64,000 bases of DNA from SAR202 cluster bacterium (GCA_009392195.1 VFGY01000021.1:10855-74854); one strand, 5' to 3'. Shown: positions 9,753 to 20,709, counted from the first letter of the stretch. Notes: generated by a model from the sequence alone, not told the origin. Made by a program: numbers and translations.

Positions 9753-9920
9753 TGTTCCTAAGAAGGATGCTATTGCAATCGGTTGGATAAATGCAAATAA
9801 CTTATTAAAGTAAATCACAAAAAATATTCCTAAATGTTGGCATTAGTACTGATTAAGAGGATATCATAGCTTCATTATATTGTTGTACAAAGTTGTTATT
9901 CTGTACAAAGGAAGGTTGCT

Positions 9921-10886
9921 ATGTCTGATGAACGGTTTTTGTCCACAGCCCCGATAGGCCAAATTGCTATTGACATACTAAGCCCTAGAGCTCCTGTTGA
10001 AATATCACCTTCTACTTCCCATGAATCGATCGTTAGTCTTATGGATGGGACGCTAGGTTTGATTTGTAGAGCTGAAACGTACATTGATGGACGGATATTA
10101 GATGCAGGTAAAAACTTGAAAGTATTGGGTAGACCTGGAGTAGGTTATGATTCTGTGGACGTAGTAGCTGCTACTGAAAGAGGAATTCCGTTGATTTATG
10201 CACCAGTAGGTGGTTTTGCTGTAGCTGAATGGGCTATGGCTGCTATGTTAGCTTTAGCAAAGAGGATAATAGAGTGCAACCAAATGGTTAAGTCAGATAA
10301 ATGGAGCCAAAGATATTCCGTAGAATTAGATGATATGACTGAAAAAACTTTAGGGATTGTTGGTTTTGGCAGAATTGGACAACATTTAGCTAGATTAGCC
10401 TCACCTTTCGGAATGCGTGTGGTTGCCTTTGACCCTTTTGTTGACAGAAAATTAGCACGGTCACAAAATGTGGAATTATTGGAACTAGAAGCTTTGTTAA
10501 AAATATCTGATTACGTGTCTTTGCATCCCGCACTTAATGATTCATCTAGAGGATTAATTAAAAGTGAGCACATGCAGATAATAAAAAATGGCGCAATGCT
10601 AATAAATGCATCAAGAGGAGGAGTAGTTGAAAATTTGGAAATTCTGGCGGATGCATTAGATGGAGGTATTTTATCAGGAGTAGCTTTAGATGTTTTTCCT
10701 GAAGAACCCCCGCTTCATACGCACAGGATTTTTGAACATCCGATGTGTTTATGTGCACCGCATATGGCAGGATTAAGTAAGCTGGCCATGTTTAGAATAC
10801 TTAAATCAATGGCTAACGATATGTTAGCGGTAGTTGATGGTAATACACCCAAATACTGTGTTAATCCCGAGGTTTTAAATAAATGA
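9921..10886 (+). CDS. D-isomer-specific 2-hydroxyacid dehydrogenase (SerA-like, no ACT domain)
   Basis: RPGVGYD, GIVGFGRIG, SDYVSLH, INASRG, ALDVFPEEP, APHMAG. Confidence 0.9.
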   Translation: MSDERFLSTAPIGQIAIDILSPRAPVEISPSTSHESIVSLMDGTLGLICRAETYIDGRILDAGKNLKVLGRPGVGYDSVDVVAATERGIPLIYAPVGGFAVAEWAMAAMLALAKRIIECNQMVKSDKWSQRYSVELDDMTEKTLGIVGFGRIGQHLARLASPFGMRVVAFDPFVDRKLARSQNVELLELEALLKISDYVSLHPALNDSSRGLIKSEHMQIIKNGAMLINASRGGVVENLEILADALDGGILSGVALDVFPEEPPLHTHRIFEHPMCLCAPHMAGLSKLAMFRILKSMANDMLAVVDGNTPKYCVNPEVLNK

Positions 10887-10941
10887 AATTTGATATAATT
10901 GCCCACTTAAGAACATCTTTGATATTACAGGAGTATTAAAA

Positions 10942-12528
10942 ATGAGCAATCCTAGCATAATGTTTTACCATGACGGAAGGCATCCATTAATATACATGTA
11001 CGAGCCTCCAATGCAGAGGAAAGAATACGAGGCTGCAGTTGATGAATTAGTAGGTACACCTGTTGAAGCTTTAATGTTTTGTATGGGTGATGGAAGGACA
11101 GTCTTACATGACACACAGGTTGGTGAATTGTGGGGAGACAACGTTGATAAGTGGGATCATATCATATTTAGGCGTGCTCATCAGAATGCAAAGGCGTTGA
11201 TAAAAACTGGGAATGATCCTTTGACAATAGTCTGTGAGAGGGCTCATGAAAAAGGTATGAAAGTGTACCCTACATTGCTTATGGCGCAGGGTACAGGTAA
11301 CCGTGAAAGTGATAATAGAGGTTCTGATTGGAGATTTAACAACACTCACCTTGAGATTGGAGCATCAGCTGATATTGATGAAAATTTTCCTGGTCATAGA
11401 AACTTGGACTTTAAACATAAAGAGGTTAGGCAGGAGAGGATAGCTTTGATGAAGGAAACTTTTGAAAAGTATGACATAGATGGTTTTGAGATGCAGCTAA
11501 ATTATTTCCCTGTTTATTTCCATCCTAATGAGATAAAAGATGGAATATCTATAATGAATGAATTTGTGGCAGAAGTTTACGATTTATTAAAATCAACGGG
11601 TAGAAATAGGGAACTAGCAATTAGAGTGCCTGGAAGTGTAACGGGTAGTTTATCTAGAGGTTTGGATGTTGCAACATGGATCAATGATGGTACAGCTGAT
11701 GTAATTATTGGTCAAACTTATGGTAACCCTGAATTAATAGATCCAATGGCTGATTTTACCGATTTCGTTAATCTTGCCAAGGGTAAAGATTGCAGGATTC
11801 ATGCAGCCTTACAAAGTCATTTAGATTCGGATAGGTTATCAGAGGCACCAATAGAGATGATAAGAGCGACTGCTAGCAACTACTGGAGACAGGGAATAGA
11901 TGGATTGTATTTGGCACACTGGTTTAACAACTGGCCGTATGAAGCGGATTTCTATGAAAAGCTGAGAGAAGTGGCTCATCCGGACATAATGGAAACGAAA
12001 GATAAGTTTTATTCTATAGCAACATCTACGGGTCGTTACACCGTGCCTGATCTAGAGCCTGGATTAGAAATGCAGCTTCCAGTTCAGATGAAAGAAGGTA
12101 GTACAGCTAATCTTGAGATAGATATATCCGATGATTTGGAATTGTGGGACAAGACAGGCAGAGTACATCAGGTTATTTTGAGGATAAGGATAGGAGAGAC
12201 TACTGAGTTAGATGAGTATGAGTTTATTCTTAATGGTAACAGGTTGTCTGAAAAAGAATTAAGGAAGTTAAACAGGATGTATGTTATGTCGGCACCTAGA
12301 TATCGTAGGACTGGATATTGGTATATATTCACTTTGGATAAAGAGCACTGGCCTGTCGATGGTAAGAATTATCTAACCATAAATATGAAAAAACGAGACG
12401 ATGGAGTTATACCTTTGCCACAGGTTTTGGATACAGAACTTGAGATTAAATATTTGATGGGTAAGAATTATCATAGAGATTATGTGGATGTAGAACTAGG
12501 ACCGTATGAATCGAAAACAGACCAATGA
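10942..12528 (+). CDS. Glycosyl hydrolase-like 10 (GHL10)-type TIM-barrel protein with C-terminal beta domain
   Basis: 'DPL..VCERAHEKGMKVYPTL', 'LDFKHKEVR', 'KYDIDGFEMQL', 'GLDVATWI..G..D', 'GIDGLYL'; GGAG RBS. Confidence 0.55.
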   Translation: MSNPSIMFYHDGRHPLIYMYEPPMQRKEYEAAVDELVGTPVEALMFCMGDGRTVLHDTQVGELWGDNVDKWDHIIFRRAHQNAKALIKTGNDPLTIVCERAHEKGMKVYPTLLMAQGTGNRESDNRGSDWRFNNTHLEIGASADIDENFPGHRNLDFKHKEVRQERIALMKETFEKYDIDGFEMQLNYFPVYFHPNEIKDGISIMNEFVAEVYDLLKSTGRNRELAIRVPGSVTGSLSRGLDVATWINDGTADVIIGQTYGNPELIDPMADFTDFVNLAKGKDCRIHAALQSHLDSDRLSEAPIEMIRATASNYWRQGIDGLYLAHWFNNWPYEADFYEKLREVAHPDIMETKDKFYSIATSTGRYTVPDLEPGLEMQLPVQMKEGSTANLEIDISDDLELWDKTGRVHQVILRIRIGETTELDEYEFILNGNRLSEKELRKLNRMYVMSAPRYRRTGYWYIFTLDKEHWPVDGKNYLTINMKKRDDGVIPLPQVLDTELEIKYLMGKNYHRDYVDVELGPYESKTDQ

Positions 12529-12598
12529 TAGCTTTTATGCTGGAAGTTAAACTTCCCATAAACATCGATTATAAGAAAATAAATTAAGGGAAATACAT

Positions 12599-13399
12599 AT
12601 GGATGTAAATGATAAAGTCGCAATTGTTACGGGAGCAGCACGAGGTATTGGTAAAGCTATTTCTGTTCAATTAGCTAAAGAAGGAGCTCAGGTTATCGCA
12701 ACAGATCTCAATGAAGATGATTTGGGTGATACACATGATGAATTAATAGGTATTGGCAATAAATCTTTGATATTAAAATTGGATGTGACTAATCAAGATT
12801 CGGTTGATTCTGCTGTAAAGAAGATCATTGACGAATTCTCTTCCATAGATGTTTTAGTGAACAACGCGGGTACAATCGGGGCTAGAGGTTGGGAAGAAAG
12901 AGATGTGCCTGACGAAAGTGATTGGGATGCGATTTATGCAGTTAATTTGAAAGGGATGGTTAAAATAACTGAAGCTGTTATACCAACTATGAAATCGAAT
13001 CGTAGGGGTAAAATCATTAATATGTCTTCTATAACTGGGAGGTTAGGCACTGTAACTAGCCCTCCATATGGGGTATCTAAAGCTGGTGTGATAAATTTAA
13101 CTCAAGCTTGGGCTTTAGAACTTGCGGAATTTAGTATAAATGTTAATGCTATATGTCCTGGAATATTATGGACTCCAATGTGGCAGAGAATAGCGAATCG
13201 TTGGAGTCTGGACGAAGAGAAGTGGAAAGGCTATACTCCAAGGGAAATTTTTGATGCTACTATTAAAGATAGAATTCCTTTGCAAAGAGAACAAACTCCG
13301 GAAGATATTGCTTACGCGGTGGCGTTTTTAGCTTCAGATTATGCACATAACATAACTGGACAGGCTATAAATGTGAATGGCGGTTCACATATGAATTAA
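12599..13399 (+). CDS. Short-chain dehydrogenase/reductase
   Basis: TGAARGIG, NNAG, S..YGVSK (YxxxK), VNAICPG, ITGQAINVNGG. Confidence 0.92.
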   Translation: MDVNDKVAIVTGAARGIGKAISVQLAKEGAQVIATDLNEDDLGDTHDELIGIGNKSLILKLDVTNQDSVDSAVKKIIDEFSSIDVLVNNAGTIGARGWEERDVPDESDWDAIYAVNLKGMVKITEAVIPTMKSNRRGKIINMSSITGRLGTVTSPPYGVSKAGVINLTQAWALELAEFSINVNAICPGILWTPMWQRIANRWSLDEEKWKGYTPREIFDATIKDRIPLQREQTPEDIAYAVAFLASDYAHNITGQAINVNGGSHMN

Positions 13400-13401
13400 A
13401 T

Positions 13402-14193
13402 TCAAAGCCGCATTACTTTTTCCAGTCCCCAAATGAGATTCGACTGGTTAATGACATGCTTTATTGCCATTACTACACCTGGCATGAAACTTTCTCTATT
13501 TATTGAGTCGTGTTTAATTGTAAAAGTCTGTCCTATTGTCCCAAAAGTCAGCTCATGATGTGCTACTCTTCCTGGCATTCTAGAACTGTGGATATTTACC
13601 CCTTCTAGATTTCCCCCTCTTGATCCTTGAACCAATTCTTTTTGTGATTGTACTGAAGTAAATCCAGAACTACGATTTTCTAAAGCAGCTTTTGCTATTC
13701 CTATAGCAGTGCCTGATGGAGAATCCAGTTTCTGTTCATGATGAGATTCAATTAAATCAGCATATTCGAAGAATTGTCCCGCTGTTTTTGCCAGATGAGC
13801 CATTAATACAGCTCCTATTGCAAAATTTGGAGCAACAATTATTCCTAATTTATTTTTTTCAGCTATTGTTTCTATTTCTTTTGCCATTTCTGGACTGAAT
13901 CCTGTTGAACCGGTAACTATAGGTATTTTATGATTGCCAGCTACTCTAATTGCATCAATAGCTACTTCAGAGTTTGTAAAGTCTAAAAGTACGTCAGCGT
14001 CCGATATTATTGATTCTAAGTCCGAAGTTGTAGGAATGTTAATCGAACTGCCAGGGATGGTTAATGTGGGGTTTTCGGGGGATTTACAAGTCCCGCCTAT
14101 AACTTCCATATCACTTTGTGCATGTACAGCTTTCAGTGATTCTTGACCCATTTTCCCGCTTATGCCACTAATTACAACTTTAATTTTTGACAT
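13402..14193 (-). CDS. dapB: 4-hydroxy-tetrahydrodipicolinate reductase
   Basis: GISGKMG, DFT, GSTG, APNFAIG, ESHHEQKLDSPSGTA, HDS..RESFMPGV. Confidence 0.96.
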   Translation of the reverse strand: MSKIKVVISGISGKMGQESLKAVHAQSDMEVIGGTCKSPENPTLTIPGSSINIPTTSDLESIISDADVLLDFTNSEVAIDAIRVAGNHKIPIVTGSTGFSPEMAKEIETIAEKNKLGIIVAPNFAIGAVLMAHLAKTAGQFFEYADLIESHHEQKLDSPSGTAIGIAKAALENRSSGFTSVQSQKELVQGSRGGNLEGVNIHSSRMPGRVAHHELTFGTIGQTFTIKHDSINRESFMPGVVMAIKHVINQSNLIWGLEKVMRL

Positions 14194-14217
14194 TTGGCAA
14201 TCTCCTATAGGCCTAAC

Positions 14218-16368
14218 TTAATTACGCTTGCGCCAATTTTTGTTTTTGCCTTTTTTCTCTACGGATTTTTCTGGATTGTCAGCTTCAGTATTTTCATCAG
14301 GTGATAATAGAGCCTTTCTTGATAAGGCTATTCTTCCTAATTTATCAATATCTTTAACTATAACGGTTACTTCTTCATCTAATTGAATTTCGTCTTCAAC
14401 GGAATCTACTCTATAATTTGCGATTTCACTGATGTGAATCATACCATCTTTACCTGGCAAGATTTGAACGAATGCTCCAAAGTCCATTATTCTTACTACT
14501 TTACCGGTAAAAATATCACCAACTTTTGCTTCGCGTGTTAAATCCTCTATCATTTTAATTGCCCCTTCGGAAGCACTTTTTTCCGAAGAACCAACTAATA
14601 CTGTACCGTCATCTTGTATGTCCACGGTTGCTCCAGTTTCTTCAATGATACCGCGTATCGTCTTCCCTCCAGGTCCTATAACTAATCCTATTTTGTCCGT
14701 CGGTATTTGAATCTGAGTAACTCTAGGCGCATATTGGCTCAACTCATTTCTAGGTCCATCTATCGCAGATTTCATGTTATCTAGAATTTCAAATCTAGCT
14801 GATTTTGCTTGTTCAAGGGTTTTTTCGATTATATCGTATCCGATGCTGGATATTTTTATATCTAGTTGTATAGCAGTAATACCGTCTTTCGTACCTGCTA
14901 CCTTGAAATCCATATCTCCAGCGTGATCTTCAAGTCCTTGAATATCAGTCAATATTTCAAAACTTCCATTTTCATTTGCTACAAGGCCGATAGATATACC
15001 AGCTACTGGTGACTTAATTGGTACGCCTGCATCCATCAAAGCCAAAGTCCCCGCGCATGTACTTGCCATTGAAGTACTACCGTTAGATCCGACCACCTCA
15101 GATACTACTCGAATTGTATAAGGGAATTCTTCAATTGGCGGAAGAATTGGTTCTAAAGCTCGTTCAGCTAAGGCCCCATGTCCTGTGTCTCGTCTGCTGA
15201 CTCCTATTCTGCCAGTTTCACCCACGCTGAAAGGCGGGAAATTGTAATGGAACATGAAATGTTTGGATTCTTGTGGGCTTAAAGTATCTAATTTTAAAGC
15301 ATCTTTTTCAGATCCTAATGTTACGATACCTATTGCCTGCGTTTCACCTCTTTCAAATATTGAAGAACCATGAGTTCGGGGCAAAAATCCAACTGATGAA
15401 TCAAGAGGCCTAATGTCGCTGAGGCCTCTTCCATCTGGTCTAATCTTTTCAGTTAAAACCATATCTCTAAAAGCCATATCTTTTACGTGCTCAAATTCTT
15501 CTTGTATTTCTGCATCCGGATCTGTTTCTTTAACTTGTTTTTTCAGTTCTGATTCAAGTTCGTTTATAGCAGTTGCCTGTTCTTGTTTGCCTTTTATAGT
15601 CATGAATATTTCTTTGATTTTTGAACTTGCAAGTTTATCTATTTCATTGATAAGAGTCGAATCAGCTGATTCGGATTCAAACGGAATTTTTGGCTTGCCG
15701 ATTGAATCCATGATTTCATGTTGGAATTTAATCAGTTTTTCATTTTCTAATTGCCCAAGTTTGATTGCTTCCAATACAACTTGTTCTGAAACCTCTGTAG
15801 CTCCAGCTTCTAGCATGGTGATTCCTGATTTGGACCCAGCCACTACGATATCCAGTTCGCTACATTCAAGTTCCGAGTAAGATGGATTTATAACGTATTT
15901 ACCGTCAATGTAGCCTACTCTACATGCACTTATAGGTTCCGAAAATGGTATGTCTGAAATTGATAAAGCTAAAGATGTCCCGACTAGAGATGGTATATCC
16001 ACAGGATTTTCTAAGTCCACTGAAAGTGGTGTTATTACCACCTGCACTTCATTTCTGAAGCCTTTTGGGAATATTGGGCGAATAGGACGATCTATAAGCC
16101 TACATATTAAAATCGAATCACTTCCTGGCCTTCCTTCTCTTCTAAAGAATCCTCCGGGAATTTTCCCGCGTGCGTACATTCTTTCTGAAAATTCTACCGT
16201 TAAAGGGAAGAAGTCAACACCTTCCCTTGGGTCGCTCATAGTTGCTGTTACCAGTAACGAACAATCACCGTAGTTGACTAATACTGAACCATTTGCTTGT
16301 TTAGCTAAGGTTCCTGTTTGAAATTCGTAAGTATGCTTATCAAAATTGTGTGTGAATATAGAACTCAT
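14218..16368 (-). CDS. pnp: Polyribonucleotide nucleotidyltransferase (PNPase)
   Basis: AKQANG, DFFPLTV, GKIPGGFFRREGRP, RPDGR, SNGSTSMAS, GDMDFKVAGT, then KH and S1 domains. Confidence 0.98.
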   Translation of the reverse strand: MSSIFTHNFDKHTYEFQTGTLAKQANGSVLVNYGDCSLLVTATMSDPREGVDFFPLTVEFSERMYARGKIPGGFFRREGRPGSDSILICRLIDRPIRPIFPKGFRNEVQVVITPLSVDLENPVDIPSLVGTSLALSISDIPFSEPISACRVGYIDGKYVINPSYSELECSELDIVVAGSKSGITMLEAGATEVSEQVVLEAIKLGQLENEKLIKFQHEIMDSIGKPKIPFESESADSTLINEIDKLASSKIKEIFMTIKGKQEQATAINELESELKKQVKETDPDAEIQEEFEHVKDMAFRDMVLTEKIRPDGRGLSDIRPLDSSVGFLPRTHGSSIFERGETQAIGIVTLGSEKDALKLDTLSPQESKHFMFHYNFPPFSVGETGRIGVSRRDTGHGALAERALEPILPPIEEFPYTIRVVSEVVGSNGSTSMASTCAGTLALMDAGVPIKSPVAGISIGLVANENGSFEILTDIQGLEDHAGDMDFKVAGTKDGITAIQLDIKISSIGYDIIEKTLEQAKSARFEILDNMKSAIDGPRNELSQYAPRVTQIQIPTDKIGLVIGPGGKTIRGIIEETGATVDIQDDGTVLVGSSEKSASEGAIKMIEDLTREAKVGDIFTGKVVRIMDFGAFVQILPGKDGMIHISEIANYRVDSVEDEIQLDEEVTVIVKDIDKLGRIALSRKALLSPDENTEADNPEKSVEKKGKNKNWRKRN

Positions 16369-16450
16369 AAATAATTAATATCCTTTGGAAGTTATACGGC
16401 AATCAGGAGTAAGAGAATAAGTAGGGGGAATTAATAAATTGATGAAGGTG

Positions 16451-16711
16451 TTATCTTCTTATAGAAAGTTTATCAGTAATAGATTCATACTGAGATGTAT
16501 CTTTATTATTAAGATAACGAAGAAGCTTTCTTCTTTTACCCACCAACGTTAATAGACCTCTCTTGCTAGACTGGTCGTGCTTGTGGTGTCTAAGATGCTC
16601 TGTAAGTCCATTTATTCTTGAGGTAAGTATGGCAATCTGTACCTCAGTAGATCCATTATCATTTTCATTGGATTTAAATTCTTTAGCTACTTTTAACTTA
16701 TCCACTGCCAT
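16451..16711 (-). CDS. rpsO: 30S ribosomal protein S15
   Basis: [39 protein letters not shown]; upstream of pnp. Confidence 0.98.
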   Translation of the reverse strand: MAVDKLKVAKEFKSNENDNGSTEVQIAILTSRINGLTEHLRHHKHDQSSKRGLLTLVGKRRKLLRYLNNKDTSQYESITDKLSIRR

Positions 16712-16746
16712 TAATATTTTTTTCCTTTTTATGTTTTTCGTATTCC

Positions 16747-16776
16747 ATCATATCATATCTGGTTTAATTTACTCAA
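16747..16776 (-). promoter_or_regulatory. Putative sigma70 promoter of rpsO-pnp-dapB
   Basis: On the minus strand: TTGAGT, 18 bp, TATGAT, with extended -10 (TGaTATGAT). Confidence 0.55.
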
Positions 16777-16793
16777 CGGAATTGTAATTGGCA

Positions 16794-16823
16794 TTTACGC
16801 TACTCAAATACGTATGATATACT
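16794..16823 (+). promoter_or_regulatory. Putative sigma70 promoter of the rpsB operon
   Basis: TTTACG (16794-99), 18 bp, TATACT (16818-23), with extended -10 (TGaTATACT). Confidence 0.55.
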
Positions 16824-16916
16824 TCTTCAGTCTGGTTTATAGAAATTCCTATATACGAGTTTTCAGACTATTTGCCTGAAAATGTTAAGAAAATTAAGGC
16901 GTGGTAATTAAATCAT

Positions 16917-17969
16917 ATGGTTCAAGAAACTGAAAAACAAAATGAAGTTGTAGAAAAAACCGAAAAGACTAATGTACGTACCAATGTATCGATGAAATCT
17001 TTGCTTGAGGCAGGGGTTCATTTTGGGCATCAGAGGAAATATTGGAATCCTAAAATGGATCAATATATATATTCCCACCGAAATGGCATCCACATTGTTG
17101 ATTTGCAGAAAACCGTAAAGTGTTTAGAAACTGCTAGAGAATTTGTTAAAAGTGTTGCAGCTACTGGTAAAAAGGTACTGATGGTTGGAACTAAGAAGCA
17201 AGCTCAAGAAGCTATAGAGCAAGAAGCGACTCGCGCAGGGGCATTTTATATAACGACTAGATGGCTTGGTGGAACTTTAACAAATTTCAGAACTATACAG
17301 AAACGTATAGATTACCTCGTTGAACTTGAAACTAAAAAAGAAAAAGGGGAATTCGAAGTATTACCCAAAAAAGAAGCCCTTAAAATGGAAGAAAAAATTA
17401 CGAAACTAAACAGGTTTTTTGGTGGTATTAAAGACATGACCGAATTACCTGGAGCATTGTTCGTAATTGATATAGGTAAAGAAGATATCGCAATATCCGA
17501 AGCAAGAAAAGTCGGGGTCCCAATTGTCGCATTAGTGGATACAAATTGTGACCCAAGTTTGACTGACTGGCCAATTCCAGGCAATGATGATGCTATGAGA
17601 TCAGTAAAATTAGTTGTTTCTACTATAGCTGACTCGGTGATTGAAGGCGTGGCTGAGTTTAATAATGTAGAATCAACGATGAATGAAGGTTCTGATCAGC
17701 ATATCTCCGAACCTGCAGGGGTAGTTTCTGAACAAATACAAACAACCGCTACTGGAAATGCTGGAGATACTGCTGCTGTTTCACAACAGTCAGAAGTGCA
17801 AAAACAAAATGAAACAGCACAAGCAGTTGATAAAATAGAAGCCTCCGCAGAGGTTGATGAACAAGTCGATACCGAAACTGCTGTAGAAACTCAACCAGAA
17901 AATTTAGAAAAACAAGATGAATCAACATCCGTAGATGAACCTTCAGATATTGATTCAAAAAATAGTTAA
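16917..17969 (+). CDS. rpsB: 30S ribosomal protein S2 with long acidic C-terminal tail
   Basis: [42 protein letters not shown]; about 100 aa of E/D/Q/T-rich extension. Confidence 0.98.
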   Translation: MVQETEKQNEVVEKTEKTNVRTNVSMKSLLEAGVHFGHQRKYWNPKMDQYIYSHRNGIHIVDLQKTVKCLETAREFVKSVAATGKKVLMVGTKKQAQEAIEQEATRAGAFYITTRWLGGTLTNFRTIQKRIDYLVELETKKEKGEFEVLPKKEALKMEEKITKLNRFFGGIKDMTELPGALFVIDIGKEDIAISEARKVGVPIVALVDTNCDPSLTDWPIPGNDDAMRSVKLVVSTIADSVIEGVAEFNNVESTMNEGSDQHISEPAGVVSEQIQTTATGNAGDTAAVSQQSEVQKQNETAQAVDKIEASAEVDEQVDTETAVETQPENLEKQDESTSVDEPSDIDSKNS

Positions 17970-18010
17970 CCAGATTTTTTGAGAAAAAGAATTGTGATGG
18001 AGAGTCTAAC

Positions 18011-18514
18011 TTGGAACCTCAATTAAGTGATATAAAAGAACTACGTGAATTGACTAGTGCAGGTATCATGGATTGTAAAAGTGCTTTGATTGAAGCCAAT
18101 GGTGATATTGAGAAAGCGAAAGCAATTTTACATGAAAAGGGCCTAGCTTCAGTAGCAAAAAAGTCTTCTAGAGCAACTGAGGAAGGTATTGTTGCATCCT
18201 ATATCCATGCAGGAGGTAGGATAGGGTCAATTGTAGAAGTTAATTGTGAAACTGATTTCGTCGCACGTACTGACGATTTTAAAAATCTTGCACATGATCT
18301 TGCGATGCAGGTAGCAGCGATGTCTCCCCAGTTTGTTTATTTAGATGATGATTCAGATAGTGGTGAGGGAGATAATGAAGATTTATGTTTAGTAGAACAA
18401 AATTTCATCAAAGACCAAAGTATCAAAGTAAAGGATGTGGTTAGTGAAGTTGCTGCACGCGTTGGCGAAAATATCAGAATAAAAAGATTTAGTAGATTTT
18501 CTATAGGTGAGTGA
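18011..18514 (+). CDS. tsf: Elongation factor Ts (short form)
   Basis: [50 protein letters not shown]; TTG start. Confidence 0.97.
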   Translation: MEPQLSDIKELRELTSAGIMDCKSALIEANGDIEKAKAILHEKGLASVAKKSSRATEEGIVASYIHAGGRIGSIVEVNCETDFVARTDDFKNLAHDLAMQVAAMSPQFVYLDDDSDSGEGDNEDLCLVEQNFIKDQSIKVKDVVSEVAARVGENIRIKRFSRFSIGE

Positions 18515-19257
18515 TTTTCGTGCAAAGCGACCCCTCTAAATTTAAAAGAATACTTTTAAAATTGAGTGGCGAGTCATTTAAAGGCGATAAAGGATTTGGA
18601 ATAGATCCAAACTCTGTAGGTTTTATGGCCGGAGAAATAAAAACCCTTGCAGATATGGGGATTGAAATTGGTGTTGTTGTTGGCGGAGGGAATATTTGGA
18701 GAGGTTCTGAAGCTGCTGCAAAAGGCATGGATAGAGCAACAGCAGATTATGCCGGTATGTTAGCCACCGTGATTAATGCTCTTGCTTTACAGGATTCATT
18801 AGAAAATCAGTTTAATGTTTTAACTCGTACCCAGACAGCAATTGATATACAGCAGGTTGCTGAACCATATATACGCAGGAAGGCCATGAGGCATTTAGAA
18901 AAAGGTAGAGTGGTTATATTTGCTGCAGGAATCGGCAATCCTTATGTTACAACTGACACAGCTGCGGCTTTAAAAGCGATAGAGATCGAAGCACAGATTT
19001 TGATTATGGCTAAGCACGAAGTAGATGGAGTTTATTCTTCTGACCCAAATTTAGATTCAAATGCTACTAAATATGAGTTTCTGACTTATAGAGATGTAAT
19101 TGATAAAAGATTAGAAGTTATGGATACTACCGCTATTTCTTTATGTATGGATAATGAAGTACCTATAAAAGTATTTAATATGTTTGAAGCTGGAAATCTA
19201 AAGCGGCTAATCAATGGAGCACAAATAGGGTCGACGGTGGCTTCAAATAATCAGTAA
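18511..19257 (+). CDS. pyrH: UMP kinase
   Basis: [47 protein letters not shown]. Confidence 0.98.
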   Translation: MIFVQSDPSKFKRILLKLSGESFKGDKGFGIDPNSVGFMAGEIKTLADMGIEIGVVVGGGNIWRGSEAAAKGMDRATADYAGMLATVINALALQDSLENQFNVLTRTQTAIDIQQVAEPYIRRKAMRHLEKGRVVIFAAGIGNPYVTTDTAAALKAIEIEAQILIMAKHEVDGVYSSDPNLDSNATKYEFLTYRDVIDKRLEVMDTTAISLCMDNEVPIKVFNMFEAGNLKRLINGAQIGSTVASNNQ

Positions 19258-19362
19258 ATTTGCTAATTTTTGTTAATTTGATTAGTCTAGATTGAAATAT
19301 TTTGGGCTATTTTATTCAATTGATTCTTTATAAGATAGATCATATAACGGAAGGTTTATAGT

Positions 19363-19926
19363 ATGCCAGATAACCAAACGCTTTTAACTCAAGCCAAAAC
19401 AAACATGAATAAATCCTTAGAGGCATTCAATAGAGATTTGGGTTCTATCAGGACAGGACGTGCCACAACTCAATTGATTGATAATATTAGGGTGGATTAT
19501 TACGGATCAATGTTGCCTGTTAACCAAGTCGCATCTGTATCTTTAGGTGATTCTCAAACTGTCATAATTGAACCTTGGGACAAACAAATCATTATAGATT
19601 TGGAAAAGGAAATATTGAAATCTGATTTGGGATTAAGCCCGCAAAATGACGGTTCCTTGATTAGGCTCACGGTGCCACCATTGACTGAAGAAAGACGAAG
19701 AGATTTGGTGAAAGTTTTGTCGAAGCGAGCTGAAGAAGGAAATGTAGCTATTCGTAATATTAGAAGATCAATCATCAATGAACTAAGGACTTTGGAGAAA
19801 GATAAAGAAATTTCTCAGGATGATATGAAAAGAGCTTCAAAAGACTTGCAGGATATAACAGACGAATTTATAGAAAAGATAAGTGAATTGTCCAAAGTTA
19901 AAGAAAAAGAAATAATGACCACTTGA
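19363..19926 (+). CDS. frr: Ribosome recycling factor
   Basis: IRTGRA, VDYYG, PWDK, PPLTEERR, AIRNIRR. Confidence 0.98.
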   Translation: MPDNQTLLTQAKTNMNKSLEAFNRDLGSIRTGRATTQLIDNIRVDYYGSMLPVNQVASVSLGDSQTVIIEPWDKQIIIDLEKEILKSDLGLSPQNDGSLIRLTVPPLTEERRRDLVKVLSKRAEEGNVAIRNIRRSIINELRTLEKDKEISQDDMKRASKDLQDITDEFIEKISELSKVKEKEIMTT

Positions 19927-19959
19927 AGTATCACTGGATCTTTATTGAGCTTTCAGACG

Positions 19960-20682
19960 ATGTCAATTAATAACGCCGAAGATAATACAACAATTGAAAA
20001 GATACCTTCTCATGTAGCTATAATCATGGATGGTAATGGACGATGGGCTTCTCAAAAAGGGTTACCTAGGAATCAAGGCCATGAAGCTGGCACAAAAAAT
20101 TTGAGACGGGTTATCAAGTGTTTTGCTAAATATAAAATCAAATACCTAACCCTTTACGCTTTTTCTACAGAGAATTGGTTGAGGCCTGAGACTGAAGTTA
20201 ACATGCTTTTTGATTTACTTGCGCAATCTATTGTTGAAGAAACCCCTAAATTACATTCAGATGGAGTGCAGATTAGGCATATAGGTAGACTGGATTCAAT
20301 TCCTAAGGAACTAGGCAAATCGATTGAAGAGTCGATTGAATTAACAAAATCAAACCAAACAATGATTTTGACTATAGCATTTAATTACGGTGGAAGAACA
20401 GAAATAATTGATGCTATAAAGAATATTGTCAAGGAAAAAATTGACCCTGACAATATAAATGAAGGGACATTTTCGAACTACTTATATGATAAGAAATTAC
20501 CTGATCCAGATCTGATAATTAGGACAGCCGGTGAAATGAGGATTAGTAATTTTTTGATTTGGCAATCAGCTTATTCTGAATATTATTCAAGCCCTGTTTT
20601 ATGGCCGGATTTTGACGACATAGAAATAAAAAATGCTTTGTATTCTTATAGTAATAGACATAGGAAATATGGAACAATTTAG
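19960..20682 (+). CDS. uppS: Isoprenyl (undecaprenyl) diphosphate synthase
   Basis: HVAIIMDGNGRWA, YAFSTENW.RP, NYGGR, PDLIIRTAGE.RISNFLIWQ; start could alternatively be TTG 19945. Confidence 0.97.
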   Translation: MSINNAEDNTTIEKIPSHVAIIMDGNGRWASQKGLPRNQGHEAGTKNLRRVIKCFAKYKIKYLTLYAFSTENWLRPETEVNMLFDLLAQSIVEETPKLHSDGVQIRHIGRLDSIPKELGKSIEESIELTKSNQTMILTIAFNYGGRTEIIDAIKNIVKEKIDPDNINEGTFSNYLYDKKLPDPDLIIRTAGEMRISNFLIWQSAYSEYYSSPVLWPDFDDIEIKNALYSYSNRHRKYGTI

Positions 20683-20709
20683 TTGGGAAATACTGGCTGG
20701 ATATAGCAT

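Noticed and set aside
12535-12562. Hairpin GGAAGT-TAA-ACTTCC after the GHL10-like gene as a terminator
   Set aside because: Short stem with no U-tract on the plus strand; too weak to call.
18011-18514. tsf as a truncated pseudogene (167 aa)
   Set aside because: Short EF-Ts forms are normal in some phyla including Chloroflexota; N- and C-terminal motifs are intact and the gene is coupled to pyrH.
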